64,000 nt of DNA from Actinomycetota bacterium (GTDB lineage: Bacteria; Actinomycetota; Actinomycetes; S36-B12; UBA5976). Each line of letters opens with the position of its first letter. Position 1 is the first letter of the stretch. Shown one piece after another: positions 54,482 to 64,000 of the stretch. Position numbers and translations under genes: made by a program. The notes below the pieces were generated by a model that was not told the origin of the DNA, ran no database searches, and saw only the letters and a list, made by a program, of their open reading frames with translations. The DNA lies in assembly GCA_947448865.1 (NCBI GenBank), contig CANFOW010000001.1:4845-68844 (forward strand), in the 5' to 3' direction.

Positions 54482-57400
54482 CTAGTTGGCGCCTTGTCCG
54501 ACAAGCGTGCGAATTGCTCGCAAAGCAACAGACAGTGTTGCCAGGTCCACTTGCTCGCTGATGGCAATCTCTCCAAGAGTGGCTCGGGTTCTTGCTACTC
54601 CCTCGGCAAACCGCTCTTCCCACGCAAGAATTCGGCTATCGACATTCTCGGTGTTTTCTGTTGCGTTAACGACCCTTGAGGTCAGGCCGGCAAGCGCCGC
54701 ATAGAGGTCGCTTCTCAGCGCTGAACGGGCATTCGATGCCCAACGATCATCGCGCGGCAAGTGCGTGATATGGGCAAGCAGGCGATCTACCTCGAAACGC
54801 TCACTCATGCTGAAATACAACGAGGTGACATGCTGCGCATCGGCATCGGCTTTGAGTGCAATGTCAACAATGTCGAGCAACGAGAACTCATCAAGGAGAC
54901 CTGCTATCCGTCCCGCGAGTTCCGCAGGTGCTCCGAGAGCCACAAGTCGAGCAGCGTGGTTATCGTAGCGTTCCCGCTCGGCACCACGAAGCATTCCAGG
55001 AATGAGCGGGCTCATCTGCGCAACCGTTGATTGGAAACGCGAAATTTCACCCGACACATCTAATCGTCCACCACGGGTTTGCAAGAACCAACGGGTCGCG
55101 CGATCTAATAATCTGCGCGACTCCAAGTACAACTCTGTCTGGCACTCAGTAGACACTCGTCCATCTAGAGCTTCAATCTGACTCCACAACGCCGAGAAAT
55201 TAAATATCTCGCGCGACACACGATAGGCGCGAAGCACTTCGCTGGTACCAGCACCAGTTTCTTCCATCGCGCGCCAGGCAAAAGTAATTCCTCCATGGTT
55301 CACCATGTCGTTTGCAAGTACTGTTGCAATAATTTGACGGCGCAACGGATGTGTTGGCATCAAGTCGGAATACTTTTGGCGCAAAGCCGTGGGGAAATAA
55401 TGAGCCAGTAATTCTTGAGCCCATTCTTCATCGAATAACTCGTCGTCTGCTCGCACACTCTTAAGATCAATTTTTACGTACGCCATTAAGACAGCTAGTT
55501 CCGGCGACGTGAGACCAAGTCCAGATGCATGTAGAGAGTCAATCGCAGAATCTGTAGGAAGATACTCAACTGTTCGATTGAGCAACTCTTGTGACTCCAA
55601 CCCTTGCATGAGTCGTTGATGAACCCGCAACATGGCATCTGAATGTGAACGTGACTGCTCAAGAATTGCATTTTGCTCATAGTTATCGCGCAATACTTGT
55701 AAGCCAACTTCGTCAGTCATCGTCGCCAGCAGCACATTTCTTGCATCCGGCTGCAGTGCGCCTGAAATCACTGCCTGGTCCAACAAAATCTTGATATTGA
55801 CTTCGTGATCTGAAGTGTCCACACCAGCCGAATTATCGATGGCATCCGTGTTCAGTTTCACGCCACTTCGGGCAGCCTCAATCCGACCAAGTTGTGTGAA
55901 GCCAAGGTTTCCACCTTCACCTACGACTCGGGCGCGCAATTGCTGACCATCCACGCGCAAACTGTCGTTCGCCTTGTCACCTACTTGGGAATTAGTTTCC
56001 GATTGTGATTTAACGTAGGTACCAATGCCACCGTTCCATAACAAATCAACACGGGCACGAAGGATGTGTGAAATCAGTTCGGACGGAGTCATTGACTCGC
56101 TGTCACTTTGTATATCGAGCGCTACTCGAATTTCCGGAGAGATAGGAAGCGATTTAGCATTTCGTGGGAATACCCCACCACCGCTACTTATCAGAGTTGG
56201 TGAATAGTCTTCCCACGACGATCGTGGTAACGCGAATAGTCGCTGACGTTCTGCAAAAGACGCGGCGGCGTTTGGATTCGGGTCCAAAAAGATATGTCGA
56301 TGATCGAAAGCTGCAATCACTCGGGTGTGTTCGGAAAGCAACATGCCATTTCCAAATACGTCGCCACTCATGTCGCCAACACCGACTGCGGTGAACTCTT
56401 CCGCTTGGCAATCAATTCCTAATTCGAGGAAGTGACGTTTAACTGATTCCCAAGCACCGCGTGCTGTGATTCCCATCGCCTTGTGGTCGTAGCCGATTGA
56501 CCCGCCAGATGCAAAGGCATCGCCCATCCAAAAGCCACGGTCCAAGGAAATCTTGTTAGCAATGTCGGAAAAAGTTGCTGTGCCCTTATCGGCTGCAACG
56601 ACAAGGTATGGATCATCTGAGTCGTGACGAACAACATTCACGGGCGCAACAGTGTCGCCCTTAATCAAATTATCCGTGACATCAAGCAGTGCCCCGATAA
56701 ACATTTGGTAGCAGGCAATTCCTTCGGCAAGCCAGGCATCGCGATCTATGGGCTCTGGTCCGCGCTTCACAACAAAGCCACCCTTTGCGCCAGATGGCAC
56801 AATGACAGTGTTCTTGACCATTTGCGCCTTAACAAGTCCGAGAACTTCGGTGCGGAAATCTTCTAAACGATCTGACCAACGCAATCCACCACGGGCAACA
56901 GTTGCGAAACGCAAATGAATACCTTCAACTCGCGGCGAGAAAACCCAGATTTCAAACATCGGTAGCGGTAACGGCAGATCGGGAACGCGACGTGGGTCAA
57001 GTTTGAATGCCATGACAGATTGTGGCTTGCCATCAGCATCAAGCTGGTAAACGTTTGTACGCAATGTCGCTCGAACTAAGGCAACGCTAGCTCGCATAAT
57101 TCGGTCATGGTCGAGACTCGATACTTCGTCTAAGGCCGAATTAATGGCACCGACGAGCTGCACCTCAGCATCGGCGCGATCACCGGAGTACTCGGGATCG
57201 AAACGCGCTCGAAACAAGTCAAGAACTTTTTGCACAATGCCCACATTTGTGCGCAACACTTGCTGCAAATACCCCTGGCTAAACGGAGTTCCTGCTTGAC
57301 GCAAATATGCCGAATAGGCGCGAATGATTGCAACATTGCGGGCATTTAACCCACCGTGCACAACTAATGCGTTAAAGCCATCTGTATCTATGTCGCCAGA

Positions 57401-59305
57401 CCAGGCAGACATAAATGTTTCACAAAAGCGCTGTGAAAGCGTGTCAAGTCCTGGTGTTTCTGACTCTTCGAATCCAATTCCAAAGTCATACACCCATGCC
57501 GTGTGAGCACCCGCACGTCGAATGTCATACGCGCGCTCATCAATCACTTCAATACCCATGTCATGCAACATAGGTAGAACTGATGACAGCGTGATTGGTT
57601 TGCCAAGTCGGTAAATCGTAAAACGTCGTGCACCTTCATCAGCATCACTTGATGCATTAAGCGCTACCGAAATCGCACCGACCTCTTGAGATTCAAGTGC
57701 CTCAAGACGCAATAAATGTTCAACAGCATCTCGAGCAGGGATGTCTTCCTTAAATGATTCTGGGAAGGCTGTTTTCCAGGCACGCGTGATACGCACCATT
57801 TCCTCTTCGCCGCGTTGGCTGAGAAGTTCATCGGCAAAATCATCTTCCCAAAATCGTGTTGCATGGGCTAACGCGCTTTCAAGTGTCTCTAGATTTACCG
57901 GCGGAGTGTGAACCCCTACTGGCATTCGCACTTCAAAGTGCAGGCGGGCTAAAACCGAGTCAGTCAGTCGCGCTGTGAAATCAACATTGTCTGCACCATA
58001 AGTATCGAGGAGAACCTGTTCCATTTTCAGACGTACATCGGTGTTGTACCGATCGCGCGGGAAGTACACCAGAACACTGGCATAGCGACCGAGAACTTCA
58101 TCGCGGACAAATATTTTTACCTGTCGTCGCTCTTGAAGCTGCAAAACTCCACGAGCGATGACTTCGAGCTCTTGCGCTGTTGCTTGAAAAATCTGATCGC
58201 GAGGGTAGGTTTCTAAAAATTGCACAAGATCTTTGCCACTGTGCGACTCAGAGCCAAGAGCAAACGCATCGACAACAGATTGCGCTTTGGCAGCGACCAT
58301 CGGTATTTCAAAAACAGACTGGGTATATGCACTTGAACTGTAAAGACCAATGAATCGGTATTCACCGATCACTTTTCCAGTTGCATCCGTTTTAGCTAGC
58401 GAGACGTGATCGGTATAAGACGAGCGATGCACCATAGAGCGCGTGTCACTTTTTGTGACGAGTAACAATGCGTGTGGGCGCAGTTCACTGTCGGTTTCGG
58501 ATGAGTCTGCTCGCAAGATTCCAAGTCCCGTGCCAGGAACACTTTGCAAATCTGAGGATTGCGAATGGGAATATTCGCAATAGCCGGTGAATGTGAAATG
58601 GTCATCTGCTAGCCAAGTCAGAAATGCACTTGCTTCCTGACGCTGTTCTAAATCAAACTCGCGCGAGCCTGGATCAACTAAGTTGCGCGCAATGTCTCGA
58701 GCTTTGTCGCGCATACGAGACCAGTCTTCAACTGCCGCTCGTACATCCGCGAGCACGTGTTGAAGCTGATCCTCTAGATGGCGTAAATCTTCATCGTCTG
58801 TTTCACGATCAATTTCGAAACACATCCACGATTCAGTGGAATAGCCACTTGGAACATTCGTAGCATTTGTGACTTCTTCGGCAAGTACATCAACGAGGTT
58901 TCCGGCACCATCGCGCTTGACCATATAGATCGGGTGAATAACTAGATGAATCGAATGCTGAGCTCGTGACAGTGCGGCCGAGACGGAGTCGACAAGGAAC
59001 GGCATGTCGTCAGTAACAATCTGAACAACTGTGTGAGCAGAAAACCATCCGTCACGACCCAAGACTGGGGCCGATGCCTGAACCCGAGCGCTGCCAAGCG
59101 TCCGAGTTTGGGCGAGCGTGACATGCTGGGCAATCATCTCGGTTAAGTCGCGCACCTCACGACCAACAAGGTCTTCTGCAGCTACGAGTTCAAAATATCG
59201 AGAGGCCACATGTGCGGCATTTGGTGGGGCTGATTTAACGACTTGGGCTACTAAACCTTGCAATGCCTCTTCAAGACGTCGCGTACTCCGCGGAGCATCA
59301 GACAT
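54482..59305 (-). CDS. gdh: Large NAD-specific glutamate dehydrogenase (about 1600 aa, GdhB/L180 class)
   Basis: Size, and the catalytic core ARGGLRWSDR..DFRTEVLGLVKAQMVKNTVIVPSGAKGGF. I prefer the ATG at 59305 (MSDAPRS, GGAGG 8 nt upstream) over 59320. Confidence 0.9.
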   Translation of the reverse strand: MSDAPRSTRRLEEALQGLVAQVVKSAPPNAAHVASRYFELVAAEDLVGREVRDLTEMIAQHVTLAQTRTLGSARVQASAPVLGRDGWFSAHTVVQIVTDDMPFLVDSVSAALSRAQHSIHLVIHPIYMVKRDGAGNLVDVLAEEVTNATNVPSGYSTESWMCFEIDRETDDEDLRHLEDQLQHVLADVRAAVEDWSRMRDKARDIARNLVDPGSREFDLEQRQEASAFLTWLADDHFTFTGYCEYSHSQSSDLQSVPGTGLGILRADSSETDSELRPHALLLVTKSDTRSMVHRSSYTDHVSLAKTDATGKVIGEYRFIGLYSSSAYTQSVFEIPMVAAKAQSVVDAFALGSESHSGKDLVQFLETYPRDQIFQATAQELEVIARGVLQLQERRQVKIFVRDEVLGRYASVLVYFPRDRYNTDVRLKMEQVLLDTYGADNVDFTARLTDSVLARLHFEVRMPVGVHTPPVNLETLESALAHATRFWEDDFADELLSQRGEEEMVRITRAWKTAFPESFKEDIPARDAVEHLLRLEALESQEVGAISVALNASSDADEGARRFTIYRLGKPITLSSVLPMLHDMGIEVIDERAYDIRRAGAHTAWVYDFGIGFEESETPGLDTLSQRFCETFMSAWSGDIDTDGFNALVVHGGLNARNVAIIRAYSAYLRQAGTPFSQGYLQQVLRTNVGIVQKVLDLFRARFDPEYSGDRADAEVQLVGAINSALDEVSSLDHDRIMRASVALVRATLRTNVYQLDADGKPQSVMAFKLDPRRVPDLPLPLPMFEIWVFSPRVEGIHLRFATVARGGLRWSDRLEDFRTEVLGLVKAQMVKNTVIVPSGAKGGFVVKRGPEPIDRDAWLAEGIACYQMFIGALLDVTDNLIKGDTVAPVNVVRHDSDDPYLVVAADKGTATFSDIANKISLDRGFWMGDAFASGGSIGYDHKAMGITARGAWESVKRHFLELGIDCQAEEFTAVGVGDMSGDVFGNGMLLSEHTRVIAAFDHRHIFLDPNPNAAASFAERQRLFALPRSSWEDYSPTLISSGGGVFPRNAKSLPISPEIRVALDIQSDSESMTPSELISHILRARVDLLWNGGIGTYVKSQSETNSQVGDKANDSLRVDGQQLRARVVGEGGNLGFTQLGRIEAARSGVKLNTDAIDNSAGVDTSDHEVNIKILLDQAVISGALQPDARNVLLATMTDEVGLQVLRDNYEQNAILEQSRSHSDAMLRVHQRLMQGLESQELLNRTVEYLPTDSAIDSLHASGLGLTSPELAVLMAYVKIDLKSVRADDELFDEEWAQELLAHYFPTALRQKYSDLMPTHPLRRQIIATVLANDMVNHGGITFAWRAMEETGAGTSEVLRAYRVSREIFNFSALWSQIEALDGRVSTECQTELYLESRRLLDRATRWFLQTRGGRLDVSGEISRFQSTVAQMSPLIPGMLRGAERERYDNHAARLVALGAPAELAGRIAGLLDEFSLLDIVDIALKADADAQHVTSLYFSMSERFEVDRLLAHITHLPRDDRWASNARSALRSDLYAALAGLTSRVVNATENTENVDSRILAWEERFAEGVARTRATLGEIAISEQVDLATLSVALRAIRTLVGQGAN

Positions 59306-59391
59306 GAAAAATGCCTCCATACAACGCCCACCTCGTCGTGTGCGTACAGGGTCAGCCTACCGATTGGCCGTCCGTAGGCAAAGATAGGAAG

Positions 59392-59880
59392 GTGCCTACC
59401 GATTTTGCAACATCACTTCACTTCCCCGCCCGACTTGAGTCCGTCTGGACCATGCTGCGAAGCGAGTCCTATTTGCTCGCTAAATGTGCCGACACCAGCG
59501 AACACACATTTTCTGTTGTAGACAACGAAGGCACCTGCACGGTCACTGTGGAAAGAACACTCAATACTGAACTTCCTCCCATTGCTCGAAACTTAGTCGG
59601 AGACCGCGTGACTTTGCGCGAAGTGCAAGTCTGGACGTCATCGAAAACTAGCCACTCTGGCGCGTTCGATATTTCGGTTCCCAATGCCCCAATTTCCGTT
59701 CGAGCAACAGCCAACCTCGAGGCAGTAGGTGCTGAGTGCGTGATGAGCATCACAGGCACAATCACAGTTACCGTGCCGCTGTTCTCGAACATGGCTGAGT
59801 CATTTATGCGCAGTCAAATAGATGAGGTGCTCGCAGCAGAGCACGCAGTTGGCTTAGCCTGGCTTGCGGAGAATGCGTGA
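59392..59880 (+). CDS. SRPBCC-like conserved hypothetical protein (DUF2505-like, from memory)
   Basis: About 160 aa. GTG at 59392 with AGGAAG upstream. The track's longer ORF overlaps the gdh start. The family assignment is tentative. Confidence 0.5.
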   Translation: MPTDFATSLHFPARLESVWTMLRSESYLLAKCADTSEHTFSVVDNEGTCTVTVERTLNTELPPIARNLVGDRVTLREVQVWTSSKTSHSGAFDISVPNAPISVRATANLEAVGAECVMSITGTITVTVPLFSNMAESFMRSQIDEVLAAEHAVGLAWLAENA

Positions 59881-61088
59881 GCCTCGACATCGCATGGCTA
59901 GCGTCCGCGGAAGGTCAGCTACTGATTGCACAAGCACGATCGGTGCGCGCAACGGCAACCGATATTGATCGCCTTCGCCGCGCTAATCCGCATCTTGATG
60001 TCGAGCTGATTGGAAGCGCCCTGCATCAGGCTTGGCTTGGACAGCGAGCAGCAGCTCGCTGGGGAACCGAAACCCAGTTTCTGTTAACTACTGATGGGCT
60101 TGCGCAGGCAACGCGTCCAGCAGTTTCGCAGTTTCATGCCCAATGGGTTACCGAGAACATTTCACCGCTTGCGCATGTTGTCGACTTAACCTGCGGACTT
60201 GGTTTTGACGCCTACGCTTTCGCGAAAGCCGGTCATCGGGTCACAGCCATTGAACGCGACCCAGAAATTGCTGCACTGGCACAACATAATTTAAGAAATC
60301 TCGACGTAACTGTTCTTCACGCTGACGCCGTGGAGTACGAAATCCCACGCGACGCCGATGTCATCTTTGTTGATCCGGCTCGACGCGACCCAGATGCTGC
60401 AAAGACTGCTGAAGGCAACACGGTTCGCTCATTGAATCCGCATACCTGGTCGCCATCATGGTCATTCGTCAAGTCACTTGCTCACACTCATCGGGTAATG
60501 GCCAAAGTTGCACCAGGGATTGACGACAGTGCTATCGGTGACTGGGATGCTGCGTTTGTAAGTTGTGATCGCGATCTTGTTGAAGCCATGGTGACATCGC
60601 ACGGGAGTGCGGCTCGCAGCGCAGTTCTACTTGAAAACGGTCACAGCGAAGTCATCCCAGGGAGTGATACCGCATCACCATCACCGATTGGTCAGTACCT
60701 AGTCGTGCCTGATCCTGCCTTAACACGAGCGCGTGCCTTGGGATGGCTCTCGCACGTGGTGGACGGTGGACTTGTAAACGAGCACATTGGATGGATTACG
60801 ACTAGCAACATTGATGCCATCGTTGCTCTCGAGCAACGCAGTCCTCGTTTAGCAATGGTAGTCAAGATTGACGCAGACATCGCCTATTCGCCAAAAACTA
60901 TCAAGCGTGCGGTTGCTGAACATTCTCCCAGCTCAGTCACCATCATGACCCGTGGCGTGAAACTTGATGTCGAAGCAGTGCGTCGACAATTGTCATCAAC
61001 TTTTGTTTCAAGTGGTTACGAGCTCGTCATTGCTATTTATCGCGACGACAACGGCACACGTGCGCTACTGTGCCGACGACTGACGTAG
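59877..61088 (+). CDS. Class-I SAM-dependent methyltransferase with C-terminal THUMP-like region
   Basis: SAM motif VVDLTCGLGFDAYAFA..AIERD and VIFVDPARR. GTGA overlap with the upstream gene. Confidence 0.6.
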   Translation: MSLDIAWLASAEGQLLIAQARSVRATATDIDRLRRANPHLDVELIGSALHQAWLGQRAAARWGTETQFLLTTDGLAQATRPAVSQFHAQWVTENISPLAHVVDLTCGLGFDAYAFAKAGHRVTAIERDPEIAALAQHNLRNLDVTVLHADAVEYEIPRDADVIFVDPARRDPDAAKTAEGNTVRSLNPHTWSPSWSFVKSLAHTHRVMAKVAPGIDDSAIGDWDAAFVSCDRDLVEAMVTSHGSAARSAVLLENGHSEVIPGSDTASPSPIGQYLVVPDPALTRARALGWLSHVVDGGLVNEHIGWITTSNIDAIVALEQRSPRLAMVVKIDADIAYSPKTIKRAVAEHSPSSVTIMTRGVKLDVEAVRRQLSSTFVSSGYELVIAIYRDDNGTRALLCRRLT

Positions 61089-61991
61089 TTCGTCGAGTTG
61101 CTCGTCAATTGCTCGAATTGCGCGTGGACCTAAACCACAGCAACCACCAATCATGGCGCTACCCAGTAAAGCCCATTCGCGAACGGACTCTGGATCCACT
61201 AAATGTCGTGGCTCACCCATCCAAACGTGATTGTCTGGATCCCATAGTCGACCAGCATTGGGATAGACCACAAATGGTTTCACAGTATGTTCGCGCATTG
61301 TGCTAAACAATTGCGAAATGTGCTGCGGCATTGTGCAGTTTGCGCCAATTGCCACAACGTTGTCATGGTCGCGAGTCACTAGCGCAAGCTCACTTATCGG
61401 TTGACCAGCACATGTGAAATCGCCATCTGCGCAACTCATTGTGATCCACGCAGGTATGTGCGGGTAGTCGGCTAAGACCTCAAGGAGCGCTTTAACTTCG
61501 ACAATGTCGGGAATCGTTTCGCAAGCAAACAGATCAGGACCGGCAGCGGCCAAAACTTCTATGCGTTCGCGATGAAAAGTCACAAGGTCGTCATGGCTGA
61601 CGCCATAATTACCGATGTACTCCTCGCCACCGCCAAGCACTGCGCCATAGGGTCCAACGCTGGCTGCAACCCACACTTTGCTGGATGCAGAGTCGGCAAC
61701 CTCACGCGCAAGCACAATCGATTGTGCGATTAACGCATCGGCTTGAATGTCCGTGAGCCCTGTCGACATGAATCCACGACGACTTGCCTGATACGAAGCC
61801 GTGATGATGACTCGAGCACCGGCTTCGACGTATTGGCGATGGACCTGCGCAATGGATTCTGGGGAGTCACGTAGTAACCGGGCTGACCACAAGTCATCCG
61901 AAAGGTCGTGTCCTAAGTTTTCAAGTTCACCCGAGAGTCCACCGTCTATTGGCCACGGACCTTGGGTCAACCATTGCGCTAATTCGCTCAT
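61065..61991 (-). CDS. mmuM: Homocysteine S-methyltransferase
   Basis: [10 protein letters not shown]-terminal motif and Zn-binding Cys residues, including the C-terminal IGGCCG. Confidence 0.85.
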   Translation of the reverse strand: MSELAQWLTQGPWPIDGGLSGELENLGHDLSDDLWSARLLRDSPESIAQVHRQYVEAGARVIITASYQASRRGFMSTGLTDIQADALIAQSIVLAREVADSASSKVWVAASVGPYGAVLGGGEEYIGNYGVSHDDLVTFHRERIEVLAAAGPDLFACETIPDIVEVKALLEVLADYPHIPAWITMSCADGDFTCAGQPISELALVTRDHDNVVAIGANCTMPQHISQLFSTMREHTVKPFVVYPNAGRLWDPDNHVWMGEPRHLVDPESVREWALLGSAMIGGCCGLGPRAIRAIDEQLDELRQSSAQ

Positions 61992-63031
61992 GCCACTACT
62001 TCCGTGATATTCATCGATGACTGGGTACCAAAATCAAGGCGGCTCTCGGATCGACCGCGACGAACTAATTCACTTCCAAGCGCAGCGACCATGGCGCCGT
62101 TGTCCGTGCACAAAGCTGGACTTGGAATGCGCAATGTGATGTTGTGTTCCTGACAGCGCTCCCGCGCAATTGTGCGCAACCTACTATTCGCAGCTACTCC
62201 GCCGCCGATTACCAAAGTATTCACATCGTAGGTAAGACACGCATCAATCGCTTTTCTCATCAGCACATCGACAACTGCTTCTTGAAATGATGCTGCAACG
62301 TCATTCACAATAACTGCGTTTCCACTGTTTTGTTCGCGCTCGACCCATCGCGCCACTGCGGTTTTGAGACCGGAAAATGACACGTCGAAACGATGTTTCA
62401 CTAAATCTTTGGGACTGGTCAGCCCACGCGGAAAATCAATCGCATGTGGATTTCCGTCTTGTGCCGCTCGATCAATGTAAGGACCTCCTGGAAAAGGTAA
62501 TCCCAATACCCGAGCAATCTTGTCGAAAGCCTCACCGGCAGCATCATCGATTGTTTGACCCAAAGGCTCGATGTCTTGAGTCACATCCGCAACTCGAAGC
62601 AGAGATGAATGTCCACCGGAAACAAGCAGCGCAATGCTTGGTTGGTCCAAGTAACCGTGTTCTAGTTGATCAACGCACACATGCGCAGCAAGATGGTTAA
62701 CGCCATAAATCGGCTTATTCAAAGCAACGGCAAGCGCTTTAGCAGCTGCTACTCCCACGAGTAGCGCACCTGCAAGACCAGGACCTGATGTCACACTAAT
62801 CGCGTCAACATCATCTAATCGAATACCGGCAGTCATACAGGCTCGTTCAATAGTAGGAACCATTGCTTCGAGATGCGCCCTGCTTGCCACTTCTGGAACT
62901 ACTCCGCCAAATCGAGCATGCTCATCCACACTCGACGCCACAGCGTCGGCTAACAAAGTTGTGCCACGCACGATTCCAATACCTGTTTCGTCGCAGGACG
63001 TTTCAATGCCAAGGACTAATGGTTCAGTCAT
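61988..63031 (-). CDS. tsaD: tRNA N6-adenosine threonylcarbamoyltransferase
   Basis: [19 protein letters not shown] and SGGHS motifs. ATGA overlaps at both ends. Confidence 0.95.
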   Translation of the reverse strand: MTEPLVLGIETSCDETGIGIVRGTTLLADAVASSVDEHARFGGVVPEVASRAHLEAMVPTIERACMTAGIRLDDVDAISVTSGPGLAGALLVGVAAAKALAVALNKPIYGVNHLAAHVCVDQLEHGYLDQPSIALLVSGGHSSLLRVADVTQDIEPLGQTIDDAAGEAFDKIARVLGLPFPGGPYIDRAAQDGNPHAIDFPRGLTSPKDLVKHRFDVSFSGLKTAVARWVEREQNSGNAVIVNDVAASFQEAVVDVLMRKAIDACLTYDVNTLVIGGGVAANSRLRTIARERCQEHNITLRIPSPALCTDNGAMVAALGSELVRRGRSESRLDFGTQSSMNITEVVA

Positions 63032-63495
63032 GATGCGATTCGTTTTCTCATGACAATCGCATGTACATCGGTACCGTAGTAATTACGGCGCTGATCAATC
63101 TGTTCATATCCGCGACTGACATACATCGACATGGCTGGTGCATTATCACTTCGAACGTCAAGAAATAGTTGCGTCACACCATGTGTGATTGCTGTCGCTT
63201 CTAGCCAGGCAATCATGTGTTTGCCAACTCCCTGACCTTGATAATCCGAATGCACTGCAATCGTGTTTACATCTCCATCCGATCCAACAAAACGCAATGA
63301 CACATAGCCGACAATTGCATTATTAATAACTGCAACCATCACCTCACGACTTTCTGGAACTTGTGCTAGCTCACTCCAAAAAAGTTCTGGGGTCCACGGA
63401 TCATCTAAAAACAAATCTTTTTCGATAGCTACGACGTCATCAATATCGAGCCATGTCATCGCGCGCAAAACCACAGGATGTAATTCGGTTGTCAC
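63028..63495 (-). CDS. rimI: Ribosomal-protein-alanine N-acetyltransferase
   Basis: GNAT motif [13 protein letters not shown], and the conserved position between tsaB and tsaD. Confidence 0.85.
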   Translation of the reverse strand: MTTELHPVVLRAMTWLDIDDVVAIEKDLFLDDPWTPELFWSELAQVPESREVMVAVINNAIVGYVSLRFVGSDGDVNTIAVHSDYQGQGVGKHMIAWLEATAITHGVTQLFLDVRSDNAPAMSMYVSRGYEQIDQRRNYYGTDVHAIVMRKRIAS

Positions 63496-64000
63496 GGTGT
63501 CACCAACTTGCGGGATACCGGTTCAACCGCATCAGGTTTGCGCAAATACATCGGGACCACATCTCGTAGTTGCGCCGCACCAGCGACAAACATATTCGCT
63601 AAAGCTCCTGCGCGTAATGCAATGTCAGTTCCAGAAATAACATCCGGATAAATGCTCGTGCCGGGCCCGAAAAATTTTGCTTCCGGAAAATTCTCATGAA
63701 GATATAAAGGTGTTGCTACCTGCGGGTTCGATGACTCACCGTTGCGGTAATGCGCCCAATACAACTCTTTACGTCGAGCATCGGTTACCACAATGAAATC
63801 TGTGAGCTCAGTGGTGGAACGTACGTCGTGTGCGATGGCATCTAATGAGCACACACCGTGAACGCGAATTCCCCGAGCATGCCCAAAAACCAGGCCCGTT
63901 GTAATTCCAACACGTAAACCTGTGTAAGGACCTGGACCAACGCCAACGACAACATCGGTGATATCTGAAACCTGCACGCCGCTTGCTGTCAGCACATCCT
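63492..64000 (-). CDS. tsaB: tRNA threonylcarbamoyladenosine biosynthesis protein TsaB; the N-terminus lies beyond the right edge
   Basis: VVGVGPGPYTGLRVGITTG motif. The reading frame is open to position 64000. The track's Met at 63995 is internal. Confidence 0.85.
   Translation of the reverse strand, partial: DVLTASGVQVSDITDVVVGVGPGPYTGLRVGITTGLVFGHARGIRVHGVCSLDAIAHDVRSTTELTDFIVVTDARRKELYWAHYRNGESSNPQVATPLYLHENFPEAKFFGPGTSIYPDVISGTDIALRAGALANMFVAGAAQLRDVVPMYLRKPDAVEPVSRKLVTP

Noticed and set aside
1-64000. I searched by eye for CRISPR arrays, IS elements or transposases, integrases, prophage genes, toxin-antitoxin pairs, recognisable defence systems and rRNA.
   Set aside because: No spaced direct repeats, no transposase or integrase motifs and no long terminal inverted repeats were seen. 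The only defence-like gene is the solitary methyltransferase at 30392-31234. A computational repeat search would be needed to exclude short or degenerate repeats.

Overview
The window is a 64-kb chromosomal segment that is almost entirely coding, with about 70 genes, one tRNA and one riboswitch. I infer it comes from an actinobacterium. The markers are a 1200-aa Kgd/OdhA-type fused 2-oxoglutarate dehydrogenase, WhiB1, PdtaS, RshA-SigH, a 24-aa bL37-like peptide, Ni-SOD with its SodX protease, HisN-type IMPase and a 1600-aa NAD-GDH. Gene packing is very tight: many 1- and 4-nt start/stop overlaps, and every convergent pair abuts or overlaps. That fits a streamlined planktonic lineage, but this is inference; I could not compute GC or codon statistics. 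The left part (1 to ~29 kb) looks like an accessory nitrogen-compound catabolic island. It holds aminotransferases, two APC permeases and a 14-gene co-directional array. The array combines a shell-less B12-dependent diol dehydratase (alpha-beta fusion, gamma, reactivase alpha), four C-N hydrolases including a urease homologue without ureDEFG, an FAD oxidoreductase and a PotABCD-type importer with a second paralogous binding protein. Next come a LysR-controlled RidA/DUF1028/M20 module ending in an unusual flavin-reductase::LysR-effector-domain fusion, and a TetR-controlled aldehyde dehydrogenase/aminotransferase/permease module. The remainder (~29-64 kb) is mostly core genome. It contains tRNA-Arg(CCG) next to a solitary N6-adenine methyltransferase, a TPP riboswitch-pnuT-kinase operon, kgd, sodX/sodN, SigF-like and SigH/RshA sigma modules, whiB1-pdtaS, aroA, rsgA and a two-component system coupled to a nucleoside hydrolase and a P450. 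It also contains the giant NAD-GDH and mmuM-tsaD-rimI-tsaB. The most notable single gene is a heliorhodopsin (38215-38973). It sits between a quinone-oxidoreductase-type gene and the Ni-SOD genes. I saw no CRISPR array, IS element, integrase, prophage or rRNA. All functional calls rest on motif recognition by eye and remembered reference sequences, not on database searches.
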